A DNA stretch of 64,000 nucleotides from Candidatus Micrarchaeia archaeon (GTDB taxonomy: Archaea > Micrarchaeota > Micrarchaeia > CABMEP01). How positions within the stretch are numbered: position 1 is the first letter of the stretch; every line of letters starts with the position of its first letter. Both the position numbers and the translations under genes were made by a program. Positions 1 to 8,532 of this stretch are shown piece by piece. The notes beneath the pieces are model-generated. The model had not been told where the DNA came from, did not search any database, and was given only the letters and a program-made list of their open reading frames with translations. The stretch lies in assembly GCA_038886535.1 (NCBI GenBank), contig JAVZXS010000002.1, positions 6,673-70,672 on the forward strand, read 5' to 3'.

Positions 1-81
1 CATAAGATGCCATAAATCCTCGAAATTTTCTGGTTCTATTTTCATTTCACTGTTTCTCGTATCGAATTTAATTATTTTCAT
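1..81 (-). CDS. Pelota (Dom34) homolog, N-terminal 27 codons only; the CDS runs off the left edge
   Basis: Reverse complement of 1-81 reads MKIIKFDTRNSEMKIEPENFEDLWHLM. PENxxDLWHL is the typical archaeal pelota N-terminus. Confidence 0.55.
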   Translation of the reverse strand, partial: MKIIKFDTRNSEMKIEPENFEDLWHLM

Positions 82-121
82 ATTAATCAGTTTATTAATC
101 AGTTTTCATATTAATCAGTTT
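75..121. repeat. Direct repeats: 19-nt TTTTCATATTAATCAGTTT twice (75-93, 103-121) and core ATTAATCAGTTT three times (82-93, 94-105, 110-121)
   Basis: Read directly. The first copy contains the pelota start codon (CAT on + at 79-81). Confidence 0.9.
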
Positions 122-237
122 TTATATTAACTAATCTATATATAATATTTAAATATTTAATCGATGTATTAAATTTACAGATTGCTATGTTTCTATTGGT
201 TGCAATCTAAACAATATATAACTACTAGAGTGATTTT

Positions 238-1254
238 ATGGATGCAAAGAGAATAACATTACTATCTTTGATTATTTTGTTGGGGTTGGTGTTTCTTTCG
301 GGATGTACATCAACTAAGAAATGTAAATTAGATTCTGATTGTGGAAGTTGGCAGATATGCAACAATTCAAAATGTATCGCAGCCGCTGGATTCTGTGATT
401 CAAACAATGACTGTGCAGCTCATGAGCAATGCAATGCAAAAACACATACTTGTGTAGTAAGAACGGGTATGTGCAATACAAATGCAGATTGTCCAGATTG
501 GCAGGAATGCGACACTGCAACGCATGAATGCAAAGTTAGGTTAGGCTATTGTATTGACAGCACTTACTGTACTAAGGATTATGAGGTTTGTGATTCAACA
601 ACCCACCTTTGTACTCCAAAAGAAGGAAGATGTAACAATGATTATGATTGTGCAGGATGGCAGCTTTGCAATACAACAACAAATATGTGCTATCCTAGAG
701 CCGGATACTGCTTTACAAGGCTTGACTGCAATCTTTGGGAAGAATGTGATGAAAGAACAAACAAATGTAAAGTCAGAGAAGGATACTGTGCAAATGATGG
801 AAACTGTCAGAAGTGGCAGATATGCAATTTGACTACCCATAGGTGTGAAGTAGCTCCAAAGTTCTGTGATTCTGATGCCCAATGTGAGTCCTGGCAGTAT
901 TGTGTTTTATCAACTCACCAGTGCACTGCAAGAAAAGGATACTGCAGCTCAACATCAGATTGTGCTGGAGGATATTCTGGTTACGAAACATGTGACCCTG
1001 AAACACACAAATGCATAGTTACAGCGGGAAGATGCGCAAGTGATTCCGATTGTAAGAATTGGGAATATTGTGACTCTACAAGTAAGGTATGCAAAGTGAA
1101 GTCAGGATACTGCAATTCGAACAACGATTGCGAAAGGTCACAGGCATGTGACACTTCAATCCACAGGTGCTATAATCTGTACTGCGTCACAGATGCAGAT
1201 TGCGACTCGGGTTACAAATGTTCCTTTGTAACTAGATCTTGTTATAAAGTTTAA
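238..1254 (+). CDS. Secreted cysteine-rich repeat lipoprotein with 12 tandem ~26-aa four-Cys modules
   Basis: Signal peptide ending in the lipobox-like LSGC. Twelve modules of pattern C-x5-C-x5-C-x6-C-x5-6, e.g. CNTNADCPDWQECDTATHECKVRLGY. Long ORF with a T-rich tract after the stop. Confidence 0.8.
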   Translation: MDAKRITLLSLIILLGLVFLSGCTSTKKCKLDSDCGSWQICNNSKCIAAAGFCDSNNDCAAHEQCNAKTHTCVVRTGMCNTNADCPDWQECDTATHECKVRLGYCIDSTYCTKDYEVCDSTTHLCTPKEGRCNNDYDCAGWQLCNTTTNMCYPRAGYCFTRLDCNLWEECDERTNKCKVREGYCANDGNCQKWQICNLTTHRCEVAPKFCDSDAQCESWQYCVLSTHQCTARKGYCSSTSDCAGGYSGYETCDPETHKCIVTAGRCASDSDCKNWEYCDSTSKVCKVKSGYCNSNNDCERSQACDTSIHRCYNLYCVTDADCDSGYKCSFVTRSCYKV

Positions 1255-1303
1255 TTTTTTCTTTTTTATTTCTTATTTTATATTTAGGAATTTTGGGGAT
1301 TTA

Positions 1304-1780
1304 ATGCTAAATGAGTCAGTATCATTTCTCATGCAAAACCTATCCGATCCATTAGTTGTTTCATTTATTCTTGGGGCTTTACCTGTTTCAGAAGTTAGAG
1401 GCGCAGCAATTTACGCTTTCTCAATTAATAATCCAGCTTTTATCTTACCTGCTATAGTATCCAATATATTAGTATGTCCTTTAATTTTATTGCTTTGGGA
1501 TATATTAAAGATACAAAAAATAGGTGAATTTATTCTTGGTAAGTCACTTGATAATAAATTACATAAATTTGCAAAGGCCTACGAAAATCAAGGTATGTTG
1601 GCTTTGATAATATTTATAGGTCTTCCATTCCCAGCTACAGGGGTTTATACTGGAACACTGCTAGCAGAGATTTTAGGTATTAAACGAAGTAAGATGCTAT
1701 TAGGGTCTATTGTCGGTGTTTTTCTTTCTGCAGCTATAATGTACATTCTACTAAGTAATCTTTTTAGCTTATTTTTATAA
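1304..1780 (+). CDS. Small polytopic membrane protein, possibly the small multidrug export-like family (COG2426)
   Basis: Four or five hydrophobic helices. The GALPVSEVRGAAIYAF motif resembles that family from memory. Confidence 0.45.
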   Translation: MLNESVSFLMQNLSDPLVVSFILGALPVSEVRGAAIYAFSINNPAFILPAIVSNILVCPLILLLWDILKIQKIGEFILGKSLDNKLHKFAKAYENQGMLALIIFIGLPFPATGVYTGTLLAEILGIKRSKMLLGSIVGVFLSAAIMYILLSNLFSLFL

Positions 1781-1828
1781 ATCAATAAAATATAGAATAA
1801 ATTAAAAATAATAAAATAAAAAAAGAAA

Positions 1829-2893
1829 TTATCCGCAGCTTCCACTTACGCTGCCAGTTTCACTGCTTAATGTTGTGCTGCAGGAGTTAGGCTGGGTTTC
1901 AAAAGCAGAGCATATGGTTTGTTTGTATGCTTCTGCAGTTCTACTACCAGAATATTCAATATCGTTTATAAATAAAGTCGGTGAGCCCTGTACTCCATAT
2001 TTCTGGTTAATAATGTATTCCTGCTCTGCATATTTCAATGCGTTCTCATTGTAACAGTTCTTTATAAGCTCTGTGTCTATTCCCTTGCTTTTCGCTATGT
2101 TTTCCCAGCAAGTGTCTACATTCTGGTAGTTACAAGAAGTGCTGACTGTTTTAATATAGTCTCTCCAAACAGAGTAATCATATTTCTCTTTTATGCACAT
2201 CTGTCTTATGTCTTCATTTAATTCCTGAACTCCATGCATTGAGCAGTATGTTTTATTCAAACAATATGCATCTTCTTGGCCAGAATAGTATTGTGCAGGA
2301 TAGATCACATAATGGAGTTCAAATTCGATTTTGTCTCCAAGTAAATCAGTAACTGGCCACATTGCGTTTTCTGCCTGTTGACCATATGGGCAGTAGCTCA
2401 TCACAAATAACTTCACATTTGGCTTTTCAGATTTTGGAATTTCCTGCACTTGAGTCTGAGTGCCTTGGTTTGTTTGAGGGATGCTCTGACTCATGTTGTA
2501 AATTCCACCAACTATCATAAATTCTCCATCATTAGTGACATAAACCTCTCCTTCGCTCAGTTTAGCGCCGTTTTGCATTATTTCAATCTGAAGAACAGAT
2601 ATTCCGTTTAATTGCGTTATGTTTTTAACAACTGCATTCGCATTGTAGGATTTAAGGAAATTTTTATCAAGGTAATTTGCAACCTTTGTTGATAGATCTG
2701 CAGTACTCATCTCTATTCCATATTTTGGTTTTGATAATGATAGAAATGGTAGATCCCATGCATTCATTATTAAATAACCCACTAATGCATAACCCAATAC
2801 CAAACCGAAAACAACTCCAATCACAAGGCTTGTGATAATGAGTTTTCTCTTACTTGTTTGGGCTACCTTTTCTTTTAACTTTTTAATAACCAT
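1829..2893 (-). CDS. Membrane-anchored DsbA/thioredoxin-fold protein, Cys-rich
   Basis: N-terminal TM helix. FVMSYCPYGQQ active-site-like motif (monothiol CPYG). GVQGSPTLFIND matches the cis-Pro loop region of the DsbA-like fold. Many additional Cys. Confidence 0.55.
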   Translation of the reverse strand: MVIKKLKEKVAQTSKRKLIITSLVIGVVFGLVLGYALVGYLIMNAWDLPFLSLSKPKYGIEMSTADLSTKVANYLDKNFLKSYNANAVVKNITQLNGISVLQIEIMQNGAKLSEGEVYVTNDGEFMIVGGIYNMSQSIPQTNQGTQTQVQEIPKSEKPNVKLFVMSYCPYGQQAENAMWPVTDLLGDKIEFELHYVIYPAQYYSGQEDAYCLNKTYCSMHGVQELNEDIRQMCIKEKYDYSVWRDYIKTVSTSCNYQNVDTCWENIAKSKGIDTELIKNCYNENALKYAEQEYIINQKYGVQGSPTLFINDIEYSGSRTAEAYKQTICSAFETQPNSCSTTLSSETGSVSGSCG

Positions 2894-3001
2894 TTTATCA
2901 CCTAAAATTAGTTAAGTATGAGATATTATTGTTATTATACATTGATAAATCTTTACTTTGATTATTATATTAACCTTATGTGGATAAAATCAGGTATCTA
3001 A

Positions 3002-3526
3002 ATGGATAGAAAGAATAAATCTAGTAAAATTCAATTTTTGCCAGTTTACATTTCATTCATGTTTTTATGGAATCTAATCATATTCTTAACTCCTATTCTT
3101 TCTGTCAATAACTTGGAAATCTCTAAATCGCTATTTACATTTTTCTCATTTTTTTGCCACCAGTTATTTGAAAGGTCAATTTGTATGAATAATAATATGG
3201 AAATAGGAAACTGCTCAGTATCAAACGGGTTTATATATCAATTTCCAGTCTGCGCAAGAGATATAGGTTTTTATTTCGGAATGCTAATTGGCGGAATTGT
3301 TATGTTAATTGCACGCAGAGGAGAAGAAAAAATGCCTAATTTATTATTCCTTTTGATTTTCATCTTACCTATGGCAATAGACGGTATTACACAATTATTG
3401 TATCTTAGGGAGAGCACGAATGAATTAAGGCTGATCACAGGATTTCTTGCAGGCATGATCATTCCATTTTATTTGATGCCTGTTCTAAATAGATTTTCTT
3501 TTAGGGGTGTTAAGAGTGAAAGATAA
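3002..3526 (+). CDS. DUF2085-family membrane protein
   Basis: CHQLFERS followed by FPVCARDIGFYFG, plus 4 TM helices. This matches the DUF2085 signature CHQ..RS...CaRC.G. Confidence 0.6.
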   Translation: MDRKNKSSKIQFLPVYISFMFLWNLIIFLTPILSVNNLEISKSLFTFFSFFCHQLFERSICMNNNMEIGNCSVSNGFIYQFPVCARDIGFYFGMLIGGIVMLIARRGEEKMPNLLFLLIFILPMAIDGITQLLYLRESTNELRLITGFLAGMIIPFYLMPVLNRFSFRGVKSER

Positions 3527-3560
3527 AGAAAATAGATCTAAAAATCAGGTGACAAACCAG

Positions 3561-3971
3561 ATGGCAATAAAAGACATAGAGAAGAAAATCAGGAATTTCA
3601 ATAAAGAGATAAATGTTTTGTCAAAATCAAAAGAATTGAGGCACCTAAATCTAATGAAAAAAAGAGTACTTAGCCAGATAAAGAAGTGCATAGATCCAGA
3701 GTTAGGAAGCAATATAATGGATCTTGGTTTCATTTATGGTTTAGAATTGACAAAAACAGATAATAAATATAAAGTAAAAATAATTATGACCCTTACCTCT
3801 CCATTCTGTCCTTTATCTAATTATCTTGCATCAGATGTTAAGGAAAAAGTAATGAAGCTTAAAGATGTTTCAGATGTAGAAGTGGAAATAGTATTCAATC
3901 CACAATGGAACCCGTCAATGCTTTCAGCAGAATTGCAGAGAAAAATGTTTAGTCAATTCATTAATCCATAA
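3561..3971 (+). CDS. DUF59 (MIP18/SufT-like) Fe-S cluster assembly protein
   Basis: DPELGSNIMDLGFIYGL and TLTSPFCPL motifs. The ATG at 3561 with an AGGTGA SD is preferred over the GTG at 3507. Confidence 0.7.
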   Translation: MAIKDIEKKIRNFNKEINVLSKSKELRHLNLMKKRVLSQIKKCIDPELGSNIMDLGFIYGLELTKTDNKYKVKIIMTLTSPFCPLSNYLASDVKEKVMKLKDVSDVEVEIVFNPQWNPSMLSAELQRKMFSQFINP

Positions 3972-4039
3972 CTAGTTATGTTTTCATAAATCAACATATA
4001 TCAACATATTGGTGTAATATCAACATAAGTCAAAGGTTC

Positions 4040-4507
4040 CTATACATCAATTATAACCTGACATCTCCACATTTCTTTTCCGTTTATTTTTATTTTCTCT
4101 ACTTTAAAATGATGCATAGTAACTGCCTTTGCATCTATAACTATATCGTGTTTTTTCGGATCTATCTTATCCCCATATGCATTTGCATGAAGCATATATC
4201 CTTCATCATCTCTATGGATTTTAATATCAAATTTACTAAAAAACATCTGTTCTGCATCCTTTAGAAAAACTAGTTCATCTAAAAAAGAGAATAGGAGTCT
4301 CTCTTCATTTATTTCTTTCTTAGAAATTTCATATTTTGTTTTAGGCTCTATTTTATTCGGGTCTCTCACCATTACACCAAGTAAGGCAATTCCAGCATAT
4401 GAGAACATTTCTTCCAATGATTCTCCTGTTGCCTCAAATGCAACATCTGCAGATGTTAATTCAGTAAGATATTTGTAAGCCATGTTTTCCCTTAAATTAT
4501 CTATCAA
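4040..4507 (-). CDS. Archease (RtcB activator)
   Basis: TSADVAFEATGESLEEMF and the C-terminal VKAVTMHHFKVE pattern. Its start overlaps the rtcB stop by 4 nt (coupled). Confidence 0.85.
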   Translation of the reverse strand: MIDNLRENMAYKYLTELTSADVAFEATGESLEEMFSYAGIALLGVMVRDPNKIEPKTKYEISKKEINEERLLFSFLDELVFLKDAEQMFFSKFDIKIHRDDEGYMLHANAYGDKIDPKKHDIVIDAKAVTMHHFKVEKIKINGKEMWRCQVIIDV

Positions 4508-7461
4508 CCTTTGATGTTTGCAATAGGTATGAACCTTACAACTCTTTTTGATATTCCTGCATTTTCACAGGTTTCTGTAACATCATCTATCGATTTGTAT
4601 GCAGCCCCTGCCTCCTCAGCCAATCCTGAAAGGCTGTCTGTTCTTACAATAATACCTCTTTTTTCCATATCCTTCTGCAATTGATCTCCTCTGAACTGAT
4701 GCTTTGCCTGTGCCCTTGACATGGTTCTTCCGCTTCCATGCGCAGTGCTACCAAATGTATTTTCTTCTGCATATTTTGTACCCAATAACAAGTAGCTTCC
4801 AGTTTCCATTGATCCTCCGAGAATAACTGGCTGTCCAAGCTTGCTATATTCTGAAGGGATCTCTTTATTTTCAGGTCCAAATGCACGCGTGGCACCCTTT
4901 CTGTGAACTATTACCTCTTTCCAACTTCCCTCTATTAGATACTTCTCCAGCTTTGCTGTGTTATGTGTGACGTCATAAATTTGATGCATTCCTAGTTTTT
5001 CAGGATCTGATTTAAAGACATCGCTAAATACTTCTCTTATTCTATGGAGTATGACTTGACGGTTTGCAAATGCCATGTTCATTGCTCCTTTCATTGCTGA
5101 GAAATAAGTCTGACCTTCTGGCGAGTTGAAAGGCGCACAAGCAAGCTCCTTGTCCAGGATTTTTATCTTATATTTTGATTCCATTACATTAAGAAAAGTA
5201 TTAAGAGAATCAGTTGCAACCTGGTGTCCAAATCCTCTGCTTCCACAATGGAACATTACAACAATCTGACCAGGGAATATACCAAGCTTCTTTGCAGCCT
5301 CTTTGTCAAAAATGTTTTCCTCCTTTACAACTTGAATTTCTAGGTAATGATTTCCTGAACCTAATGTTCCAATTTGATCATAACCTCTTGTGATTGCTCT
5401 TTGACTTATCTTTGAAGCATCCGCCCCTTCCATGCATCCCTCTTCCTCTGTTCTCTTAAGATCTTCATCCCATCCGTATCCTTTTTTAACAGCCCATTTT
5501 GCTCCTTCTTCTATTACCTTTTTGAATTCGTCCTTGCTTATTTTTACAAATCCAGTTGCACCTACACCTGAGGGAACTCTCTTGAATAATTGATCTATTA
5601 ATTCACGAATTTTTGGCTTTACATCGTTTATGGTCAAATCAGTTCTTACAAGACGCATTCCGCAGTTTGATACCACAAATCCATTTGCTATGAAATTATG
5701 TGCCCTATGGTTGATAGTAAAGTCGTATACCCAGCCTTCATAGTCTGTTTTTTCCTTTTGAACTACTTCTGTCCATATTGCTCCACTTCTACCGAGTCCT
5801 TCGGTTGCTTTCTTGCAAAAATCTTCAAACCTATCGAATTCGAACGATATTCTCGGTTTTGTTTTTCTTTTTTCGTAAATTGATCTTATTAAAAATCGTG
5901 AATTAACATATTCTGATTCAAGCTCTTTAATTATTTCAGATTTCGAATAGCTAGATTGCCTCATTGTTTCAGCTAAACTGATTGCATTTATTCTCTTATT
6001 TATTATGTTTTCTTTCAGCCTAAGATATACAATCGCAGCATTTGCCTTTGAAGTTTTTTCATTGTTATATTCAAATCCAATCGTTTTGTACAATCTAATC
6101 AAATTTTCCGAGTCATTATGCACATGCAAGCGTATTCTGAATGTTTTGCTGAATTTCCCATCATATTCATAAACCGGTTCACTTACAACGCTTTTTATGT
6201 TAAATTCAGCAAGTATTTTTTGTATTTCAGAAAGAAAATCTACTCCAGATTTAATACATTCTGCTGATTTGTTTATTGATACAGATGGCATGTAAAAATT
6301 GAATTCATGGTTAGTAAGTACCTTTGGAGTACTCATTTCAGCTCCAAAGAATGCAGCAAGGAACAATCGTTTTTGCCACTTTGGAGATTTCGTGATCCAT
6401 GCAGGCAATTTAAATGCCTGATATGTCTTATTGCCTACAGGTGCACCAAGCATGGCTAACAATGCAGCAAAAGCGCGCGAAGAAACACGCAAAGAATGCT
6501 CCAGAAATTCAAATCTGACCTCACCGTATTTTGTAGAAATTTTATGTTTTCTTTTTCTTGAATAGATTTTGCTCGAGAATCCAAGGCGCTTAATTTCATC
6601 TTGCATGTTTTTAAGATCTTCCTTATTTCCCCAGAAGCATGAGCATATTCTACCACTTCGATCAATGTATATGGTTCCATCTCCCATGTTGTACGCAACT
6701 AATTTTATAAGCAGAGGAAAATTCTCAGATGAAAATCTTAGAGGAAGGAGATTTCTTTTTTTAAGTTCTGTAATTATTTTCTCTTTGCTTGTTTTTGAAA
6801 GAGGTAAAATATCGATATCTGATTCGCTGACAATTATTTCTTCTGATGGAATCTCATATTCCGTTCCTTCAAAGGGAAAAACCACTATTTTTTCTCCTTC
6901 TTTTATATCCTGTATCTTTTTCATTCCATCCTTTGTCATGATCGGGTGGTCTGCTGTTGCCTTTATCTCCATTCCACATTTAGTCTTTATAATAAAAACA
7001 TCATCTTTAGACCTGCGCCTTAAATGGAAAAGAATATCTGCATTAGTCCTTCTTTTTTCTGAAATTAGTGGCAATCTTATCTGTGTTTTGGATTCGAACA
7101 TGTCTTCAATTCTCAGTGTATACCCATATTCAGTCAGTATGCGAGTCTCACCAACTAGACAATTTATGTCAAAGCCCACCCCACCGGGTGAAATTACACC
7201 TGTTTCTATGTCAAATGCTGCAACACCACCTATTGGAAAACCATATCCGGAATGGCCATCCGGCATGACATAAGAGTATCTTTGAATTCCTGGGAGAGTA
7301 GCAACATTTGATGCCTGGTCAAACACTGCAAGATCCATCGTATCAAGCAATTTCTTGCTTGCATATACTCTTACAGGTACTCGCATTCCTTGCTTGAAAG
7401 ACGGAGAAATTTCCCATAGATAATCATTTATCTTTATGAATTCAGGTTTTTTCTGCACCAC
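4504..7461 (-). CDS. rtcB: RNA-splicing ligase RtcB, interrupted by one intein (extein 486 aa + intein 499 aa)
   Basis: Exteins carry PDGHSGYGFPIGGV, GGVGFDIN|CGMRL, GSGNHYLEIQ, HCGSRGFGHQ and GSTAHGSGR. Confidence 0.95.
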   Translation of the reverse strand: MVQKKPEFIKINDYLWEISPSFKQGMRVPVRVYASKKLLDTMDLAVFDQASNVATLPGIQRYSYVMPDGHSGYGFPIGGVAAFDIETGVISPGGVGFDINCLVGETRILTEYGYTLRIEDMFESKTQIRLPLISEKRRTNADILFHLRRRSKDDVFIIKTKCGMEIKATADHPIMTKDGMKKIQDIKEGEKIVVFPFEGTEYEIPSEEIIVSESDIDILPLSKTSKEKIITELKKRNLLPLRFSSENFPLLIKLVAYNMGDGTIYIDRSGRICSCFWGNKEDLKNMQDEIKRLGFSSKIYSRKRKHKISTKYGEVRFEFLEHSLRVSSRAFAALLAMLGAPVGNKTYQAFKLPAWITKSPKWQKRLFLAAFFGAEMSTPKVLTNHEFNFYMPSVSINKSAECIKSGVDFLSEIQKILAEFNIKSVVSEPVYEYDGKFSKTFRIRLHVHNDSENLIRLYKTIGFEYNNEKTSKANAAIVYLRLKENIINKRINAISLAETMRQSSYSKSEIIKELESEYVNSRFLIRSIYEKRKTKPRISFEFDRFEDFCKKATEGLGRSGAIWTEVVQKEKTDYEGWVYDFTINHRAHNFIANGFVVSNCGMRLVRTDLTINDVKPKIRELIDQLFKRVPSGVGATGFVKISKDEFKKVIEEGAKWAVKKGYGWDEDLKRTEEEGCMEGADASKISQRAITRGYDQIGTLGSGNHYLEIQVVKEENIFDKEAAKKLGIFPGQIVVMFHCGSRGFGHQVATDSLNTFLNVMESKYKIKILDKELACAPFNSPEGQTYFSAMKGAMNMAFANRQVILHRIREVFSDVFKSDPEKLGMHQIYDVTHNTAKLEKYLIEGSWKEVIVHRKGATRAFGPENKEIPSEYSKLGQPVILGGSMETGSYLLLGTKYAEENTFGSTAHGSGRTMSRAQAKHQFRGDQLQKDMEKRGIIVRTDSLSGLAEEAGAAYKSIDDVTETCENAGISKRVVRFIPIANIKG
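5665..7161 (-). mobile_element. RtcB intein with LAGLIDADG homing-endonuclease domain (aa 101-599)
   Basis: Starts CLVGETRIL directly after GFDIN. Block B is TADH. LAGLIDADG-like LVAYNMGDGTIY and FLAAFFGAEMS. Ends VYDFTINHRAHNFIANGFVVSN followed by +1 Cys (CGMRL). Junction codons were checked on the sequence. Confidence 0.9.
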
Positions 7462-7565
7462 ACCTTCACCCCATAGATAATTAGAAAAATTAATTATTTC
7501 AATGAAATATTTTGTTATATTATTACAGTATCATCTTTATTAATCTTTATTCACAATTATCTATC

Positions 7566-8519
7566 ATGGCCTTTGAAATACTTTTACAATTATTCTTTCT
7601 TATAATTGCATTAATCGCATTGGCATTCTCCTCTAAAATAGCATTAGAGAGCGCAGAGAAGCTTGCTTCATATTTTGGATTGAGTCAACTTGCTATCGGC
7701 TTTATCTTAATCTCTGTCCTTACAAGCCTTCCTGAATTCTCAATTGCAATTCTATCATCTTCATCACACAACAATAATCTTTCTCTTGGAGATTTGTTGG
7801 GATCTAATGTTACGAATATTGCATTAATATTTGGATTATTTCTATTTCTGTCAATGAAACCTATAAGGCCTAATAAAAAGAGAATGAATGAAATTCTGCT
7901 TTATATTTTCATTTCATTAATACCTGTTGTTCTGTTTATAGATGGGTCTCTTTCATTTACTGACGGTTTGATACTGTTGGTACTTTATCTATTTTTCATT
8001 AAAAACATATTAGATTCAAGAGAAAAAACATTCACAATAAGTAATCTAGATAAGAAGAGTGCAGCAAGAGAATTCTTAGTATTGCTTGCAGCAATATTTA
8101 TTGTAATAATTAGTGCAGAATTTGTAATTAAAATAGCTGTAGAAATAGCGGAAATGTTGAATCTGTTCCAATCATTTATCGGAGCTACATTAATTGCATT
8201 CAACACTTCGTTACCTGAACTTGCCCTTACTCTTGTTGCAGTTAGAAAAAGAGTCTCAGACATTGCTATAGGTAATTTGATAGGAAGCAACGTCATTAAT
8301 ATCACTCTTCTTTTAGGTTTGAATGTTTTGATAAACCCATTTTTACCTAATATAGAAGTTGCTAGCGCAATCTTTGCTTTCATCTTTATAACTTCAGGAT
8401 ATCTCGTTTACAAGCTTCTTTTGCATAATTCATTGGAGAAGAAAGATGGTATTGTTTTACTTGCCGCTTATGTTTTATATATAATCGTTCTCTCATCAGT
8501 TCAAATAGCCCTCCATTAG
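7566..8519 (+). CDS. Ca2+/Na+ (CaCA, YrbG-type) antiporter
   Basis: Two alpha-repeat motifs, GDLLGSNVTNIALIFG and GNLIGSNVINITLLLG. About 10 TM helices. The ATG at 7566 is preferred to the TTG at 7512. Confidence 0.8.
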   Translation: MAFEILLQLFFLIIALIALAFSSKIALESAEKLASYFGLSQLAIGFILISVLTSLPEFSIAILSSSSHNNNLSLGDLLGSNVTNIALIFGLFLFLSMKPIRPNKKRMNEILLYIFISLIPVVLFIDGSLSFTDGLILLVLYLFFIKNILDSREKTFTISNLDKKSAAREFLVLLAAIFIVIISAEFVIKIAVEIAEMLNLFQSFIGATLIAFNTSLPELALTLVAVRKRVSDIAIGNLIGSNVINITLLLGLNVLINPFLPNIEVASAIFAFIFITSGYLVYKLLLHNSLEKKDGIVLLAAYVLYIIVLSSVQIALH

Positions 8520-8532
8520 TGCAAGTGAGTAT

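Noticed and set aside
6569-7273. 234-aa ORF on the + strand
   Set aside because: It is entirely antisense to the rtcB/intein coding sequence, has a low-complexity Ser/Phe/Ile-rich translation and carries no motifs. It is a shadow ORF.
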